The notes beneath the pieces were generated by a model. It was given only the letters and a program-made list of their open reading frames with translations, was not told the origin of the DNA and searched no databases. DNA of 53,155 nucleotides from a virus (taxonomy: Duplodnaviria > Caudoviricetes), in IMG/VR virus record IMGVR_UViG_3300038797_000097, positions 1-53,155 of that record; one strand, given 5' to 3'. Of the stretch, positions 16,057-26,457 are shown one piece after another. The first letter of the stretch is position 1, and every line of letters begins with the position of its first letter. The position numbers and the translations under genes were made by a program.

Positions 16057-17563
16057 GCTGCTAGAAATGCAACTGGAGCGTGAGCTCTGTCAGAAAGAAC
16101 ATTTATTCTTTACACGTCGTTTTTTCTTGCCTCGCATGGGCTTTAAGTTTTCGGTCAATTGGCATCATGAATATATTGCCGACAAGATTGACGAGGTAAT
16201 AGCTGGCAAGGTTAAAAACTTAGTAATTAACGTTCCACCCGGAAGCGGTAAAACTGAATTACTCACAAACCTCATTGCACGTGGTATTGCGCGTAATGCT
16301 CGTTCACGTTTTTTGTATTTGTCATTCTCACAGTCACTTGTAGAGGATGTATCGGCAACAGCAAGGAACATTGTTAAGTCGGAAGATTTTCAGAATCTAT
16401 GGCCTGTAAAAATTTCAACAGCCACGGATGCTAAATCAAACTGGAAAACTACCGTTGAAGGTTATGACGCTGGTCATGTTTATTCTGCTTCGATGGGAGG
16501 TCAGGTCACTGGTCGCCGTGCCGGTACATTAGCGGATGAAGGCTTTACCGGTGCCATTATTCTGGATGATCCCTTAAAGCCTGAGGATGCATTTAGCCAA
16601 ACAGCAAGACGTAAGGCTAACCGTAAGATCTTAAACACGGTCAACTCGCGTAAAGCTAAATCGGACACGCCCATCATTTTGATCATGCAGCGTTTGCACG
16701 TTGAAGATCCGACTAATTTTGTAATGACCGGTAATGTACCTGGTGAATGGGAACAGATCAGTATTCCCGCGCTTATTGACGATGAATACATCAGTAAGTT
16801 GCCTGAAAAAATAAAAAGCAAAATTCCGCGTAATGTTGAGCGAGATGCGAAAGGCCGTCAAAGTTATTGGCCATTAAAAGAATCGTTACTCTCATTGCTG
16901 CAGTTGGAGAAAGGCGGTGAGGATAAAGACGGTGCAACGGTATCGCGCTACACCTTTGCTAGCCAATACATGCAAAACCCTAAAAAGCTCGGTGGTGATC
17001 TTGTTAAGGCTGAATGGTTTGGCCGTTATGAGGAATTACCACTTCTTAAATGGCGGGCAATTTGGGCAGATACAGCGCAAAAGACTAAAGAGCATAATGA
17101 CTATTCAGTGTTCTTATGTGCCGGTCTTGGATATGACAATAACCTTTACATCATTGATGTGAAGCGCGGCAAATGGGAAGCACCAGAGCTATTGAAAGAA
17201 GCTAAGGCCTTTATCAATAAGCACAAGGACAGCAGCACCAAGATCGGCAAACTTCGCTATATGGCCGTAGAGGATAAATCGAGTGGTACCGGACTGATCC
17301 AATCCATATCTAGACAAACCACATTACCTATTCGGGCAATTCAGCGTGATACAGACAAGCTCACACGAACCATGGACGTGGTGTTCTACGTTGAAGAGCG
17401 TAGTGTCTGGTTGCCAGCAGAAGCACCATGGCTTTTGAACTACATTGAAGAAATTGAAGGGCTCACTGCTGACATGTCACATGATCATGATGACCAGTGG
17501 GACCCGACCATTGATGCGATTAATGATTCATTAGCCAAGAAGCCAACTGTATTTGATGATTAG
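16034..17563 (+). CDS. terL: Terminase large subunit
   Basis: Walker A PPGSGKT; Walker B IILDD; IMQRLH; nuclease DTA and HDDQWD. Confidence 0.95.
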   Translation: MNSKVSTKLLEMQLERELCQKEHLFFTRRFFLPRMGFKFSVNWHHEYIADKIDEVIAGKVKNLVINVPPGSGKTELLTNLIARGIARNARSRFLYLSFSQSLVEDVSATARNIVKSEDFQNLWPVKISTATDAKSNWKTTVEGYDAGHVYSASMGGQVTGRRAGTLADEGFTGAIILDDPLKPEDAFSQTARRKANRKILNTVNSRKAKSDTPIILIMQRLHVEDPTNFVMTGNVPGEWEQISIPALIDDEYISKLPEKIKSKIPRNVERDAKGRQSYWPLKESLLSLLQLEKGGEDKDGATVSRYTFASQYMQNPKKLGGDLVKAEWFGRYEELPLLKWRAIWADTAQKTKEHNDYSVFLCAGLGYDNNLYIIDVKRGKWEAPELLKEAKAFINKHKDSSTKIGKLRYMAVEDKSSGTGLIQSISRQTTLPIRAIQRDTDKLTRTMDVVFYVEERSVWLPAEAPWLLNYIEEIEGLTADMSHDHDDQWDPTIDAINDSLAKKPTVFDD

Positions 17564-17571
17564 AGGAAATT

Positions 17572-18906
17572 ATGGCTGAAACTAAAAAGTCCAATGCAAT
17601 TGGTGATGCGGGGGCATACACAAACTTTGTCTCAAATATTGGTACCAGCCGTGATAAGGCCTCACATGGTCATTTTGTTCAAAAGGAAATTCCTGATGAT
17701 CAGCTTGAAGCTGTATATCAACACTGGTTAGCTAAACGTATTGTGAACAGACCAGCAAGTGACATGTTAAGGGCTGGTTGGTTTTATGAGGGAATTCAAG
17801 ATAGAGACCTAATCAAACTAGAAGAAGCGTGTAAGGCTTTTCAACTGAACCACGTACTTTTATCAAGCCTGATCTTATCGCGTCTATATGGCGTGGTTTA
17901 CGTGCTGTTGGGGACGGTAGATGGCGGTAATCTAGAGCAGCCATTTGATTTAAAGAAATTGGGAATAGGTCGTTTAGAGTTCTTTACGGTACTCAAGAAA
18001 AAGTACATTAAGCCAGATACGACAAAGTATTTATCACCTAAAGTCTGTGGCGGTCTACTAAAGCAACCTGAGTTCTATAAACTACAAATGGATGGCAAGG
18101 CGCCACAACGCATCCACCATAGCCGTTTAATTAAATTCTGCCATGCCGATGTCGTGAATGAAGAACCGCAAAGCATTCTTCAGGAAGTATATGAAGACCT
18201 ACTAGACCACGCCGCCGTTAAAAAAGGTTCAGCGAGTCTTGTTCATGAATCAAAGATTGATGTGATTAAAACACCTGGTCTAGTGGACAAAATCAAAGAG
18301 GATATGAAAGCCGTAGCAGAACGTTTTCTTAGTGTCGGATTGCTTAAAGGTTTAAACGGCATGATCGTACTGGATGCTGAAGAAGATTATGACTCCAAGA
18401 CTTATAACTTTGCTGGCTTACCGGACATGATGCGGGAATTCTCAATTCAAACAGCGGGTGCTGCTGATATTCCTTACACCATTCTTTTCGGTCAATCACC
18501 TGCAGGCATGAATGCTACAGGAGAGCACGACACACGGAACTATTACGACAGCATAGCAACCAAGCAAACATGGATGCTTAAGCCTTTCATGATGCAGATT
18601 TTAGATGTTATTTGCCAGACTACATTCGGTCGTGTGTTCCCAAATCTGGATATTGTCTTTAATCCATTGTGGCAATTGGATGCAAAGGTCCGTTCGGAAG
18701 TCGAAAAAGCAAATTCAGAACGGGATGCCAAATATTTAGAGATGGGCATTATTACAGAACCACAGATAGCCAGGCAGTTACTCATTGATGGCGTTTATTC
18801 AGTGATTGATGAAGCTCATATCAAAGAGCTAGAAATAATGGTGAAGCTAAATGTCGACGATAATTCAGATGCTGAAGCCACACTTGCAGCAGGCGAAGAA
18901 GAGTAA
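17572..18906 (+). CDS. Portal protein (DUF1073 family)
   Basis: Follows terL; IP.TILFGQSPAGMNATGE.D..NYYD motif. Confidence 0.88.
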   Translation: MAETKKSNAIGDAGAYTNFVSNIGTSRDKASHGHFVQKEIPDDQLEAVYQHWLAKRIVNRPASDMLRAGWFYEGIQDRDLIKLEEACKAFQLNHVLLSSLILSRLYGVVYVLLGTVDGGNLEQPFDLKKLGIGRLEFFTVLKKKYIKPDTTKYLSPKVCGGLLKQPEFYKLQMDGKAPQRIHHSRLIKFCHADVVNEEPQSILQEVYEDLLDHAAVKKGSASLVHESKIDVIKTPGLVDKIKEDMKAVAERFLSVGLLKGLNGMIVLDAEEDYDSKTYNFAGLPDMMREFSIQTAGAADIPYTILFGQSPAGMNATGEHDTRNYYDSIATKQTWMLKPFMMQILDVICQTTFGRVFPNLDIVFNPLWQLDAKVRSEVEKANSERDAKYLEMGIITEPQIARQLLIDGVYSVIDEAHIKELEIMVKLNVDDNSDAEATLAAGEEE

Positions 18907-19663
18907 GAAAGGCCGTAAGGCTTCCAAACCTAGACCCGTAAAAGTAAATCGCCGTGTAGAGCTTTATTACACACGGCAATTACTAGCTATATCTAAATAC
19001 TGTCAGGAACAAACAAAGGAATTAGTTATTCCTACGGTTGGCCAGAATATTGGTGATGCTTGGTTTTCCGACATGATGACTTCGTTTCGAGAGAAGCTGA
19101 CAAAGTATGTTGTTGAGATTTCTAGGCCGTTAGCCACAAAAGTTGTGACTGATACCCAGAAGGAAGTGGATAAGCAAATAGCGGGACATACCAAATCAAT
19201 TATTGGTGTGGATCTAACGCCGTTTTATCGTGCTGCAGATATTCAGGACGAGGTAGACCTAAACATAACTTCAAACGTTAGTTTGATTAAGTCTATTCCT
19301 CAGCAATATGCAGACAAGTTAGAGAACTTGGTAACTAATGCTTTGCAGACTGGCCAAACCAATGAAGACTTAGCTAAAGAGATTAAGGCATTAGGGCAGT
19401 CTACAGATTATCGTGCACGTCTTATTGCTAGTGATCAGATGGGTAAGATCAATGGGCAGATCAACAAAGCCAGACAGCTTTCAATGGGTGTTGAGACATA
19501 TACATGGCAAACGGCTAAAGATGAGCGTGTAAGGCCAGACCATCAACATAAGCAAGGCCAAACCTTTAGATGGGATTCCCCTCCAGCGGGTGGACATCCT
19601 GGTCAGCCTATACGGTGTCGTTGTACTGCATTGCCTAACTATGAGGATGTTTTATTAATGTGA
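18851..19663 (+). CDS. Head morphogenesis / minor head protein (Mu gpF, SPP1 gp7-like)
   Basis: RARLIA.DQ..K; W.TAKDERVR..H; PGQPIRCRC. Confidence 0.9.
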   Translation: MSTIIQMLKPHLQQAKKSKKGRKASKPRPVKVNRRVELYYTRQLLAISKYCQEQTKELVIPTVGQNIGDAWFSDMMTSFREKLTKYVVEISRPLATKVVTDTQKEVDKQIAGHTKSIIGVDLTPFYRAADIQDEVDLNITSNVSLIKSIPQQYADKLENLVTNALQTGQTNEDLAKEIKALGQSTDYRARLIASDQMGKINGQINKARQLSMGVETYTWQTAKDERVRPDHQHKQGQTFRWDSPPAGGHPGQPIRCRCTALPNYEDVLLM

Positions 19664-19723
19664 TGATTTTATTTGGTTTCTAATAGCTAGATGGTGTATT
19701 AATGTTATTAATAACATTGGCTT

Positions 19724-20500
19724 ATGATGGCAAACTTTAGAATGAATAAAATCATCATTACTTTACTAATTTTATTTTCGGCTACGGCATACGGAGCAGA
19801 TGTTGATAATGCATTGCTTCAGAAAAATTTAGAGGCCGCAAATACCCAAATTGAAGTCTTAAAAGCTCAAGTTGAGGTTATGAAAAGTTACCAAGACAAC
19901 TTTCTAACGACGGTATATTGGTCTTTGGGCGGAGTTGTTAGCATTGTTTTTATATTAGTTGGTTATAACTGGTTTACTAATTTTAAAAACCAAGAAAAGG
20001 AAATTCAACTGCTTAAAGATACAATTGCTAAAGAACTCAAGGTCTCTAAACAAAGTTTAATTAAAGAAATGGATGATAGAAAAAATTTAATATTAGAGAG
20101 TATTGATACTAGATTGGCTAAAGAAATTACTAAAAAGACTAATCCTATAGCTTCCAATATAAATTATCTTTCAAGAAAAATTATGGATAATTCATACACA
20201 TTGTTAAAACTTGAATATGATAAATGGCTGTTGACAAAAAAAGTATATGGAAATGCTGTAACTACTGCTGTAGAGATGATAAGTCTTAGTATGTCTATGA
20301 AATATGATTATGGCATTGAAGAAAGTTTGGAGAAATTAATATTTGTATTGGAAAAGGGTGTGGCTGAAAAGAAAAAATCGACAATAGATGTAAATGCTAC
20401 AAAAGAAATATCAGAAGTATTAGCAAAATTAAGCGATCACTATGAATCTAGTAAACTAAAAATTCAAGGGTTGATTACTAGGCTTAATAATCTTGAATGA
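19724..20500 (+). CDS. Cargo membrane protein (signal, coiled coil, TM, helical domain)
   Basis: AT-rich insertion in the head operon; hairpin at about 20501-20524. Confidence 0.7.
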   Translation: MMANFRMNKIIITLLILFSATAYGADVDNALLQKNLEAANTQIEVLKAQVEVMKSYQDNFLTTVYWSLGGVVSIVFILVGYNWFTNFKNQEKEIQLLKDTIAKELKVSKQSLIKEMDDRKNLILESIDTRLAKEITKKTNPIASNINYLSRKIMDNSYTLLKLEYDKWLLTKKVYGNAVTTAVEMISLSMSMKYDYGIEESLEKLIFVLEKGVAEKKKSTIDVNATKEISEVLAKLSDHYESSKLKIQGLITRLNNLE

Positions 20501-20588
20501 AAAAGCACCCAGATGTGCTTTTTCATTTCCAGCATATAAATGGATATAAAGAATTTCTCTAAAAATATAAAGAAAAAACTGTCTTTAC

Positions 20589-20645
20589 CTAATTTTTTTA
20601 TACGTTTATGTATATTTTCTCTAATTTTTTATACGTTTATGCATA
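20589..20645. repeat. Near-identical ~25-bp direct repeat
   Basis: CTAATTTTTTTATACGTTTATGTATA (20589) and CTAATTTTTTATACGTTTATGCATA (20621). Confidence 0.75.
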
Positions 20646-20715
20646 AAATAGGCTATAAATTTATAGTTTTGCCTATATCTATATAGTCTGTTTATATTTT
20701 GGAATTGTCGTCCCT

Positions 20716-20985
20716 ATGTCTGAACAAATCGATAGCACTCATATGACTCCAGAACAGTTACGACAAGCTGGCGAGTTGCTCTATGGCACTCAATGGCAGA
20801 CTGATTTTGCAAGAGCTATTGATGTAGATGCTAGACGCGTTCGTCAATGGCTCTCTGGAGACAGACCCATTCCAAAAGGTTTGTGGACTGAAGTTATAGA
20901 GCTGTTAAATTCTAATAGTAAAAATACCGCAGCATATGCTGAAAACTTGCAACAGGTATTTGATTCAATAAAAAACCAAGCATAA
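20716..20985 (+). CDS. Small XRE-type HTH protein
   Basis: WQTDFARAIDVDARRVRQWLSG.RPIP. Confidence 0.8.
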   Translation: MSEQIDSTHMTPEQLRQAGELLYGTQWQTDFARAIDVDARRVRQWLSGDRPIPKGLWTEVIELLNSNSKNTAAYAENLQQVFDSIKNQA

Positions 20986-20997
20986 GTAGTAATAATA

Positions 20998-21023
20998 TTG
21001 ACTTGTACCTTAATTTAGGTACA
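20998..21023 (+). promoter_or_regulatory. Promoter with overlapping palindromic operator
   Basis: TTGACT (20998-21003) followed directly by TGTACCT-taattt-AGGTACA. Confidence 0.6.
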
Positions 21024-21078
21024 TTATTGCATTAGGAAGCATGCTCACTAGGGGCGGCTTATATCCGTAGGGTGATAT

Positions 21079-21918
21079 ATGAATACTATTGCAAATATAA
21101 ATGATAAAGAAATTTCCGTTGTTAACTATAAGGCTATTCCAGTTGTCACTACTGAAATGCTGGCAGAATTATATGGAACTGAAAATATTCGTATACAACA
21201 AAACCATATAAGAAATTTGGAACGTTTTGTTGAAGGTAAACATTTTTTTAAATTAGTTGGTGAAGAATTAAGAAATTTTAAAAAAGCACTAACTAGCTTA
21301 AAGATAGTCAGTCCAAACGCACGTGCATTAACACTTTGGACAGAGCGTGGTGCAGCACGACATGCCAAGATGTTAGATACAGACCAAGCTTGGGAAGTGT
21401 TTGAGCAACTAGAAGATTGCTATTTTCACCGAAAAGATATTCTGACTAAAACACATAAATCAGAACGTGAACCACTCACCAACGCTGTAAATATGCTTGT
21501 ATCTAAAACCAAGCATTTAAATTATAGCGAAGCATATAAATTGGTTCACCAACGGTTCAACGTTAAAAGTATTGATGAAATTCCATACGATGTGATTCCA
21601 GTCGCCGTCGAATACGTGCATCACTTAATAGCCTTATATAGCCAAGCAGATAAGAAACAGCAGTATGAATCTAAACATGTGAACTCTATAGCTTGCCATA
21701 TGCTCTGGCTTAATCATTGGTGGTCTGGGTTTGGAGAGTCTATTCGAAAACTTGGTCCAACTATGGGGCATGGAATCCATGACCATTTTAAGTTCGGTGC
21801 TGAAGATGCTAGGCAGTTAGTAGGTCGAGAGATCTACATGCCTATATTTGAATTAGCTAAAGGTCATGACTGGCACAAAGGCGGAATTGGGTTTAAATGT
21901 TTAAATAAATTTGATTAA
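21079..21918 (+). CDS. Antirepressor-like protein (ORF6N domain plus P22 Ant C-terminal-like region)
   Basis: VVTTEMLAELYG..; RFVEGKHFFKL.G.EL; LWTERGAARHAKML.TDQAWEVFEQLEDCYF. Confidence 0.85.
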   Translation: MNTIANINDKEISVVNYKAIPVVTTEMLAELYGTENIRIQQNHIRNLERFVEGKHFFKLVGEELRNFKKALTSLKIVSPNARALTLWTERGAARHAKMLDTDQAWEVFEQLEDCYFHRKDILTKTHKSEREPLTNAVNMLVSKTKHLNYSEAYKLVHQRFNVKSIDEIPYDVIPVAVEYVHHLIALYSQADKKQQYESKHVNSIACHMLWLNHWWSGFGESIRKLGPTMGHGIHDHFKFGAEDARQLVGREIYMPIFELAKGHDWHKGGIGFKCLNKFD

Positions 21919-22134
21919 AAAGTAATCTATTGAGCATTTATTTAGAAGCAGAATTGTAAACAAAAAAAAGTGCCAACTGGATAAAAGTCGGCACTTATTA
22001 ATTTGTATTTAAGCACAGTCATTGTTAATTATCAGTTGTAATATAGTATTTTTATTGTAAGTAAAATTTTTCTTTAGCTATTGATTTAAAATAAGATTTT
22101 TCTAAAATTCTCCAAAATAACAGGAGCTAAGGCT

Positions 22135-22731
22135 ATGAAATTTTGGGAATATTTTGAAAAAATTATTGCAATTATCACACCGCAATATACGCGAAAAATA
22201 TATTTGGAAAGATCTGAAAGACTGAGAGAGTTTTTTAAAATTAGAGATGAGATAGAGTCTTCCAGTCAACCTGAACACGTCAAAACTATTCAGTTAAACG
22301 CAGCTGTATCAGCTTTGACTGGAGCAAAATTTTCTAATATTGAAGAATTTGATTTCTTTCTCGAAAATTTTGATCCTAATCGTTTCGAAGAGGATTATTT
22401 TGTATTCGCCAGAAATCGTGTTACCTATGAGACTATCAGAGACGAGCATGGAGCTATAATTAGTATTAAATCTATTACTAGGCAACGTTGGTCTATGACT
22501 TCATTAAACTCGTTTTTAGTTATAGTTTTCATTTTTGCTGCAGCAGGATTTATAGTAAATTTTCATAACTTCTCAAAAGCGTTAAATAAGGATTTGGGAA
22601 TACCTGAATTAGTAAATGCATCATTCTTTTTAGGTGTACTATTTATTTGCTTTCTTACTATTTTTAAAGTCATATATGAATGGGATTTATGGTCAGGTTT
22701 TAATCGTTATATTAAGAATAAGTTTCGATGA
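22135..22731 (+). CDS. Cargo membrane protein (two C-terminal TM)
   Basis: AGGAG RBS; own promoter-like TTGATT/TAAAAT; terminator at 22760-22786. Confidence 0.7.
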   Translation: MKFWEYFEKIIAIITPQYTRKIYLERSERLREFFKIRDEIESSSQPEHVKTIQLNAAVSALTGAKFSNIEEFDFFLENFDPNRFEEDYFVFARNRVTYETIRDEHGAIISIKSITRQRWSMTSLNSFLVIVFIFAAAGFIVNFHNFSKALNKDLGIPELVNASFFLGVLFICFLTIFKVIYEWDLWSGFNRYIKNKFR

Positions 22732-22799
22732 AAAGCTGAACTAAATTTTAACTGTATCTAACCTCGCAATTATGCGGGGTTTTTTTATGGGCGCAATTT

Positions 22800-23999
22800 A
22801 TGAAAAACATTTACCGCTTTAAGGTAGGTGACTTTGCTCCAAGTGAATCCACACGCTCATTTACACCTGAAGGTTATTTGAAATGCGTAAACGTTCGCTT
22901 GGGTAAAGCACCTCAGGTACGCCAGTACTATGCATACGAGTTTCCAAACTTAGAAGGCTTTTCAGCAGATCAGACTATTAACGTCTATACATCCGCAGAA
23001 GAACTATTTAAGCCGGCAGCGATTAAAAGTTGGGATGGTGCTGATGCTACAGATTATCACCCACCCAAGAATGAAATTAATGCAGCCAACTGGAAGGACT
23101 ATCACATTGGCTATTGTGAGAACGTCCGCCAAGAAGGCGAATATCTAGTGGGCGACTTGCTCATTAAAGATAAAGACAGCATTGATTTAATCCAGAACAA
23201 CGAGCGATTAGAAATGTCGCTGGGTTATGGAGCCACATTAGTTCTAGAACAGGGCACTGCACCAGACGGCACAGTGTACCAAGCAAAATTTATCAATTTT
23301 ATTGGCAATCACGTAGCACTCGTTAAATACGGACGATGTGGTGGTGATTGCCGCATCGGTGACAAACAACAAACTCCACCTAAGGGGAATAAATCAATGG
23401 AAGTTATTGTAAATGGTGTGCGTTATAACATTGGCGATAACACGCCTTTAGCGGATGCCTTAAAGATCCAGCAAGAGCAAATCGATAACTTAAAAGCTGC
23501 AAAGCTTAAAGTCGGTGATAAGCAATTTTCTATCGGTGATGAATTGAACGCCGTTCAAGCGGTCGTAGATCAATTGCATACCGATAAAACTACGCTTGAG
23601 CAAAAAGTCGGTGATCTGGAAAAGAACCAGATGACGCCAGAAAAGCTTGAACAAGCGGCAACAGAACGTGCTGCTGTGATTGCCGATGCTAAAGCATTGG
23701 TGCCAACAGTTAAAACTGAAGGCTGCACATGTGAACAAATCAAGCGTGATGTGCTTGCTGCAAAAGCGGGTGATGCCTTGGTGGGGGCAGTGTTGGGTAG
23801 TGTGTCAGTCGGTGATGCGAAGCCTGAGCAGATTGATACAGCATTCCGAGCCTTATCTGCTCTGAAAAGTATTCATCCTTCTAATCCTGTAGGTGATGCT
23901 CTTCACCAGCAACAGCAAGTAAAAACTGGTGACGGTAAACCAGTAGATGGGGAACCTAAACCTAACAACAAAAAAGAAGCTTGGAAACAAAGCTTCTAA
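22800..23999 (+). CDS. Prohead protease/scaffold (DUF2213 family)
   Basis: TPEGYL; T..HP; EMSLGY; NHVALV..GRCG..CRIGD; coiled-coil C-terminus. Confidence 0.85.
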   Translation: MKNIYRFKVGDFAPSESTRSFTPEGYLKCVNVRLGKAPQVRQYYAYEFPNLEGFSADQTINVYTSAEELFKPAAIKSWDGADATDYHPPKNEINAANWKDYHIGYCENVRQEGEYLVGDLLIKDKDSIDLIQNNERLEMSLGYGATLVLEQGTAPDGTVYQAKFINFIGNHVALVKYGRCGGDCRIGDKQQTPPKGNKSMEVIVNGVRYNIGDNTPLADALKIQQEQIDNLKAAKLKVGDKQFSIGDELNAVQAVVDQLHTDKTTLEQKVGDLEKNQMTPEKLEQAATERAAVIADAKALVPTVKTEGCTCEQIKRDVLAAKAGDALVGAVLGSVSVGDAKPEQIDTAFRALSALKSIHPSNPVGDALHQQQQVKTGDGKPVDGEPKPNNKKEAWKQSF

Positions 24000-24011
24000 G
24001 AAACTGGAGAG

Positions 24012-24488
24012 ATGACAATGTCTTTAACCCCTCAAGCTATTCCGGGTATGCGTGCTCGTTTGCACATGTCCGAGGAAATTTTATCTTTACCGGTTGCGGG
24101 TAATGCCGTGATAAGTGACGGTGAAGTGGTGGTTCAGTCCACTGATGGCAAAACTGTTACTGCAGTAACTGGTGCTACTAATACAAAGTTTGGTGTGGTG
24201 GTTTTACAGCACGTCGGTAAATCTGGAAAAAACGCCTTAGGTAAGGAAGCATATCAAGCGAAAGACTGTGCACCGATCATGCAAATTGGTTCTATTTGGG
24301 TGAAGCCTTCAGCACCAGTGATTGATATCAATGCAAAGGTATATGTGCGTACCGCAAACCCTACAGCGCAAGCGCCGCTTGGATCACTTTCTTCTGCAGC
24401 ATTAGATTCAACAGAACTACCTAATGCCTCATGGGAAACTATTACGGGTCCAGATGGCTTGGCAATCCTTCGATTACGTGGAGCATAA
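24012..24488 (+). CDS. Head decoration/cement protein
   Basis: Between scaffold and capsid; G.IWV and VYVR motifs. Confidence 0.7.
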   Translation: MTMSLTPQAIPGMRARLHMSEEILSLPVAGNAVISDGEVVVQSTDGKTVTAVTGATNTKFGVVVLQHVGKSGKNALGKEAYQAKDCAPIMQIGSIWVKPSAPVIDINAKVYVRTANPTAQAPLGSLSSAALDSTELPNASWETITGPDGLAILRLRGA

Positions 24489-24491
24489 TCA

Positions 24492-25472
24492 ATGTCAAAA
24501 CAATTAGAACAGATGAAAATTCGTCTATCGGCCGTTGCACATGGGGTGCAAATTGCTGTAGGTGATGCCTTTAATTTAGATAACTTTGCCAAGTTGCTGC
24601 TAAAACTTGAATCAATTGATGAAATGACACCGCAACTTGCTGAAGCACAAGCTTATGCCAAGTATTTACCTATCGAAGGCTTAGAAGGTGCGGTCATTGG
24701 ATCTGCAAGTGTCTTACAGCGTAAAAAAGGTGTAGGACGTGGTAAGCGATTCTCAGGTCAAGGTAATGATGTGCCATTAGCTGAAGTGATGTATGACGAA
24801 GTGAAACTCACCGTACAGCCAGGTGTTATTGGTTATGAAATCAGTATTTTTGATGCTGCCGCGGCCTTAAAAGCTGGTATCCAGTTAACCACTGACAAAG
24901 TAGCTGCTGCTCGTCTGGCTTATGAAAACCACATGAGTGACATTGCATGGTTTGGAGAACCTGAAACGGGCTTACTTGGTTTCTATAATCAGACAGGTGT
25001 AGAGGTGATTACTTCAACATTAGATTATGCAACAGCTACAGTTGAAGCGGTTCTTGCAGACATTAACAAGGCGATTAAAGGTGCTACCAATGCATCTAAG
25101 TTTGATAGCAGTGTTCAGCCTGATACTTTCGTGATGCCTGAGAATAAGTTCACTATCCTTGCTAGCCGTATCGTTCCGGATTCTGCAGGTAAGACTTTTC
25201 TTGAATACATTAAGGAAAAGAACACCTTTGCAATGCAAGGTAAAACACTAACGTTTACTTCTGAAAGTACTCTTGAGGGTAAAGGCGAAGGTGATACGGA
25301 CCGCAGCATTATTTATCGCCGTGATCCAAGTTGCATTACTTTCCGTTGTAATGAACTGGAATTCTTGGCAGCTCAACCTATCAATTATGTGATGCGTACA
25401 CCAGGTCACTATATGTATGAAGGTGTCTATTTAAAACGTGTCGATTCTCTCCGCTACTACGATGTTGAATAA
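24492..25472 (+). CDS. Major capsid protein (DUF2184-like)
   Basis: Size, position, IAWFGE...L.GFYN and PDT..MP motifs. Confidence 0.85.
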   Translation: MSKQLEQMKIRLSAVAHGVQIAVGDAFNLDNFAKLLLKLESIDEMTPQLAEAQAYAKYLPIEGLEGAVIGSASVLQRKKGVGRGKRFSGQGNDVPLAEVMYDEVKLTVQPGVIGYEISIFDAAAALKAGIQLTTDKVAAARLAYENHMSDIAWFGEPETGLLGFYNQTGVEVITSTLDYATATVEAVLADINKAIKGATNASKFDSSVQPDTFVMPENKFTILASRIVPDSAGKTFLEYIKEKNTFAMQGKTLTFTSESTLEGKGEGDTDRSIIYRRDPSCITFRCNELEFLAAQPINYVMRTPGHYMYEGVYLKRVDSLRYYDVE

Positions 25473-25484
25473 GGAAAACTAAAC

Positions 25485-25856
25485 ATGCCAAAAATTACTT
25501 ACAGCGGCTCTCAGGCCGCTTTTTCTTTTGATGGGATTCAGGTTGGTAAAGGCCAAACAGTAGAAGTCAGTACCGAGGATTTCACACACATTTGTAAAGG
25601 GAAAGCCTTTAAGTCACTCGTTAAAAAGGGTGAACTTGATATTCAGGAAATTCCTGATGATGAGCCTAAAGGTAAAACTGGTGGTCGTGGTGGGAAAGGC
25701 GGCAAACAAACAGGTGCAGCCAATGACGCCGCTAAGGCAGCAGATGAAGCTGCTTTAGCCGATGTGAAAGCTGAACTTGCAGCGCTTGAAGTAACGTTCA
25801 GTGATGATGAAACACTTGAGCAGTTACAAGCTAAGTTAGCTCAGGCTAAGGAATAA
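25485..25856 (+). CDS. Head-associated hypothetical protein
   Basis: AAGGA RBS; Gly/Lys linker and small helical C-terminal domain. Confidence 0.7.
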   Translation: MPKITYSGSQAAFSFDGIQVGKGQTVEVSTEDFTHICKGKAFKSLVKKGELDIQEIPDDEPKGKTGGRGGKGGKQTGAANDAAKAADEAALADVKAELAALEVTFSDDETLEQLQAKLAQAKE

Positions 25857-25865
25857 GGTAGACAT

Positions 25866-26249
25866 ATGGACATACAAACGTTTCGCCAGAAATTCTCTAC
25901 TGATACGGCTTTAGTCAATTTGCCTGATGCAAAAATTCAGGATGCATTAGAAGAGGCGGAGCTCGTTGTATCTCAAATTGAGTTCGGGGCATTAAAGGAA
26001 CGTGCTGTAGGTCTATATGCAGCACATATTCTTAAAGTAGGTACAACTAGCGGCAATGGTGCTGCTTTTGGTACCGCATCGAGTATGACAATTGCCGGCC
26101 AAAGTGTGAGTTATTCCCGATCATCGAAAGAAGCTTTCTATGATCTCAGCATGTATGGCCAGCGCTATCTTGCGTTAAAAAATTCCATTCCAATTGATGA
26201 TGAAGGCACCAACCCTAATCGTTTAGGCGTTGGTGCTTTTGTTGTATAG
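25866..26249 (+). CDS. Head-tail adaptor (DUF4054-like)
   Basis: LYAAHIL; SVSY; S.YGQRYL.L motifs. Confidence 0.8.
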   Translation: MDIQTFRQKFSTDTALVNLPDAKIQDALEEAELVVSQIEFGALKERAVGLYAAHILKVGTTSGNGAAFGTASSMTIAGQSVSYSRSSKEAFYDLSMYGQRYLALKNSIPIDDEGTNPNRLGVGAFVV

Positions 26250-26258
26250 GAGAATCAC

Positions 26259-26450
26259 ATGCCTTTTAAATATCAGGCACCCGAAGGCTACAAGCCATCA
26301 AAACTAGTCATTGCTGGTCAAAACCTTGATATCAAAAACGGTGTTTTAGAATCTGATAATGACATTATCCATATTTTAAAGCCTTTAGGTTTTGAGCGTT
26401 TTGTCGAAGTGGTTGAGCCAAAGAAATCGACGGCTTCTGCTAAAGAGTAA
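26259..26450 (+). CDS. Small virion-operon protein
   Basis: AGGAG RBS. Confidence 0.65.
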   Translation: MPFKYQAPEGYKPSKLVIAGQNLDIKNGVLESDNDIIHILKPLGFERFVEVVEPKKSTASAKE

Positions 26451-26457
26451 TTAAGCT

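Noticed and set aside
17572-18906. Anti-CBASS Acb1 label sometimes attached to DUF1073 proteins
   Set aside because: Size and position between terL and the minor head gene identify it as the portal
21962-22060. Antisense (sar-like) RNA ending at the hairpin after the antirepressor gene
   Set aside because: The hairpin is real, but no well-spaced minus-strand promoter was found and it does not overlap the ant RBS
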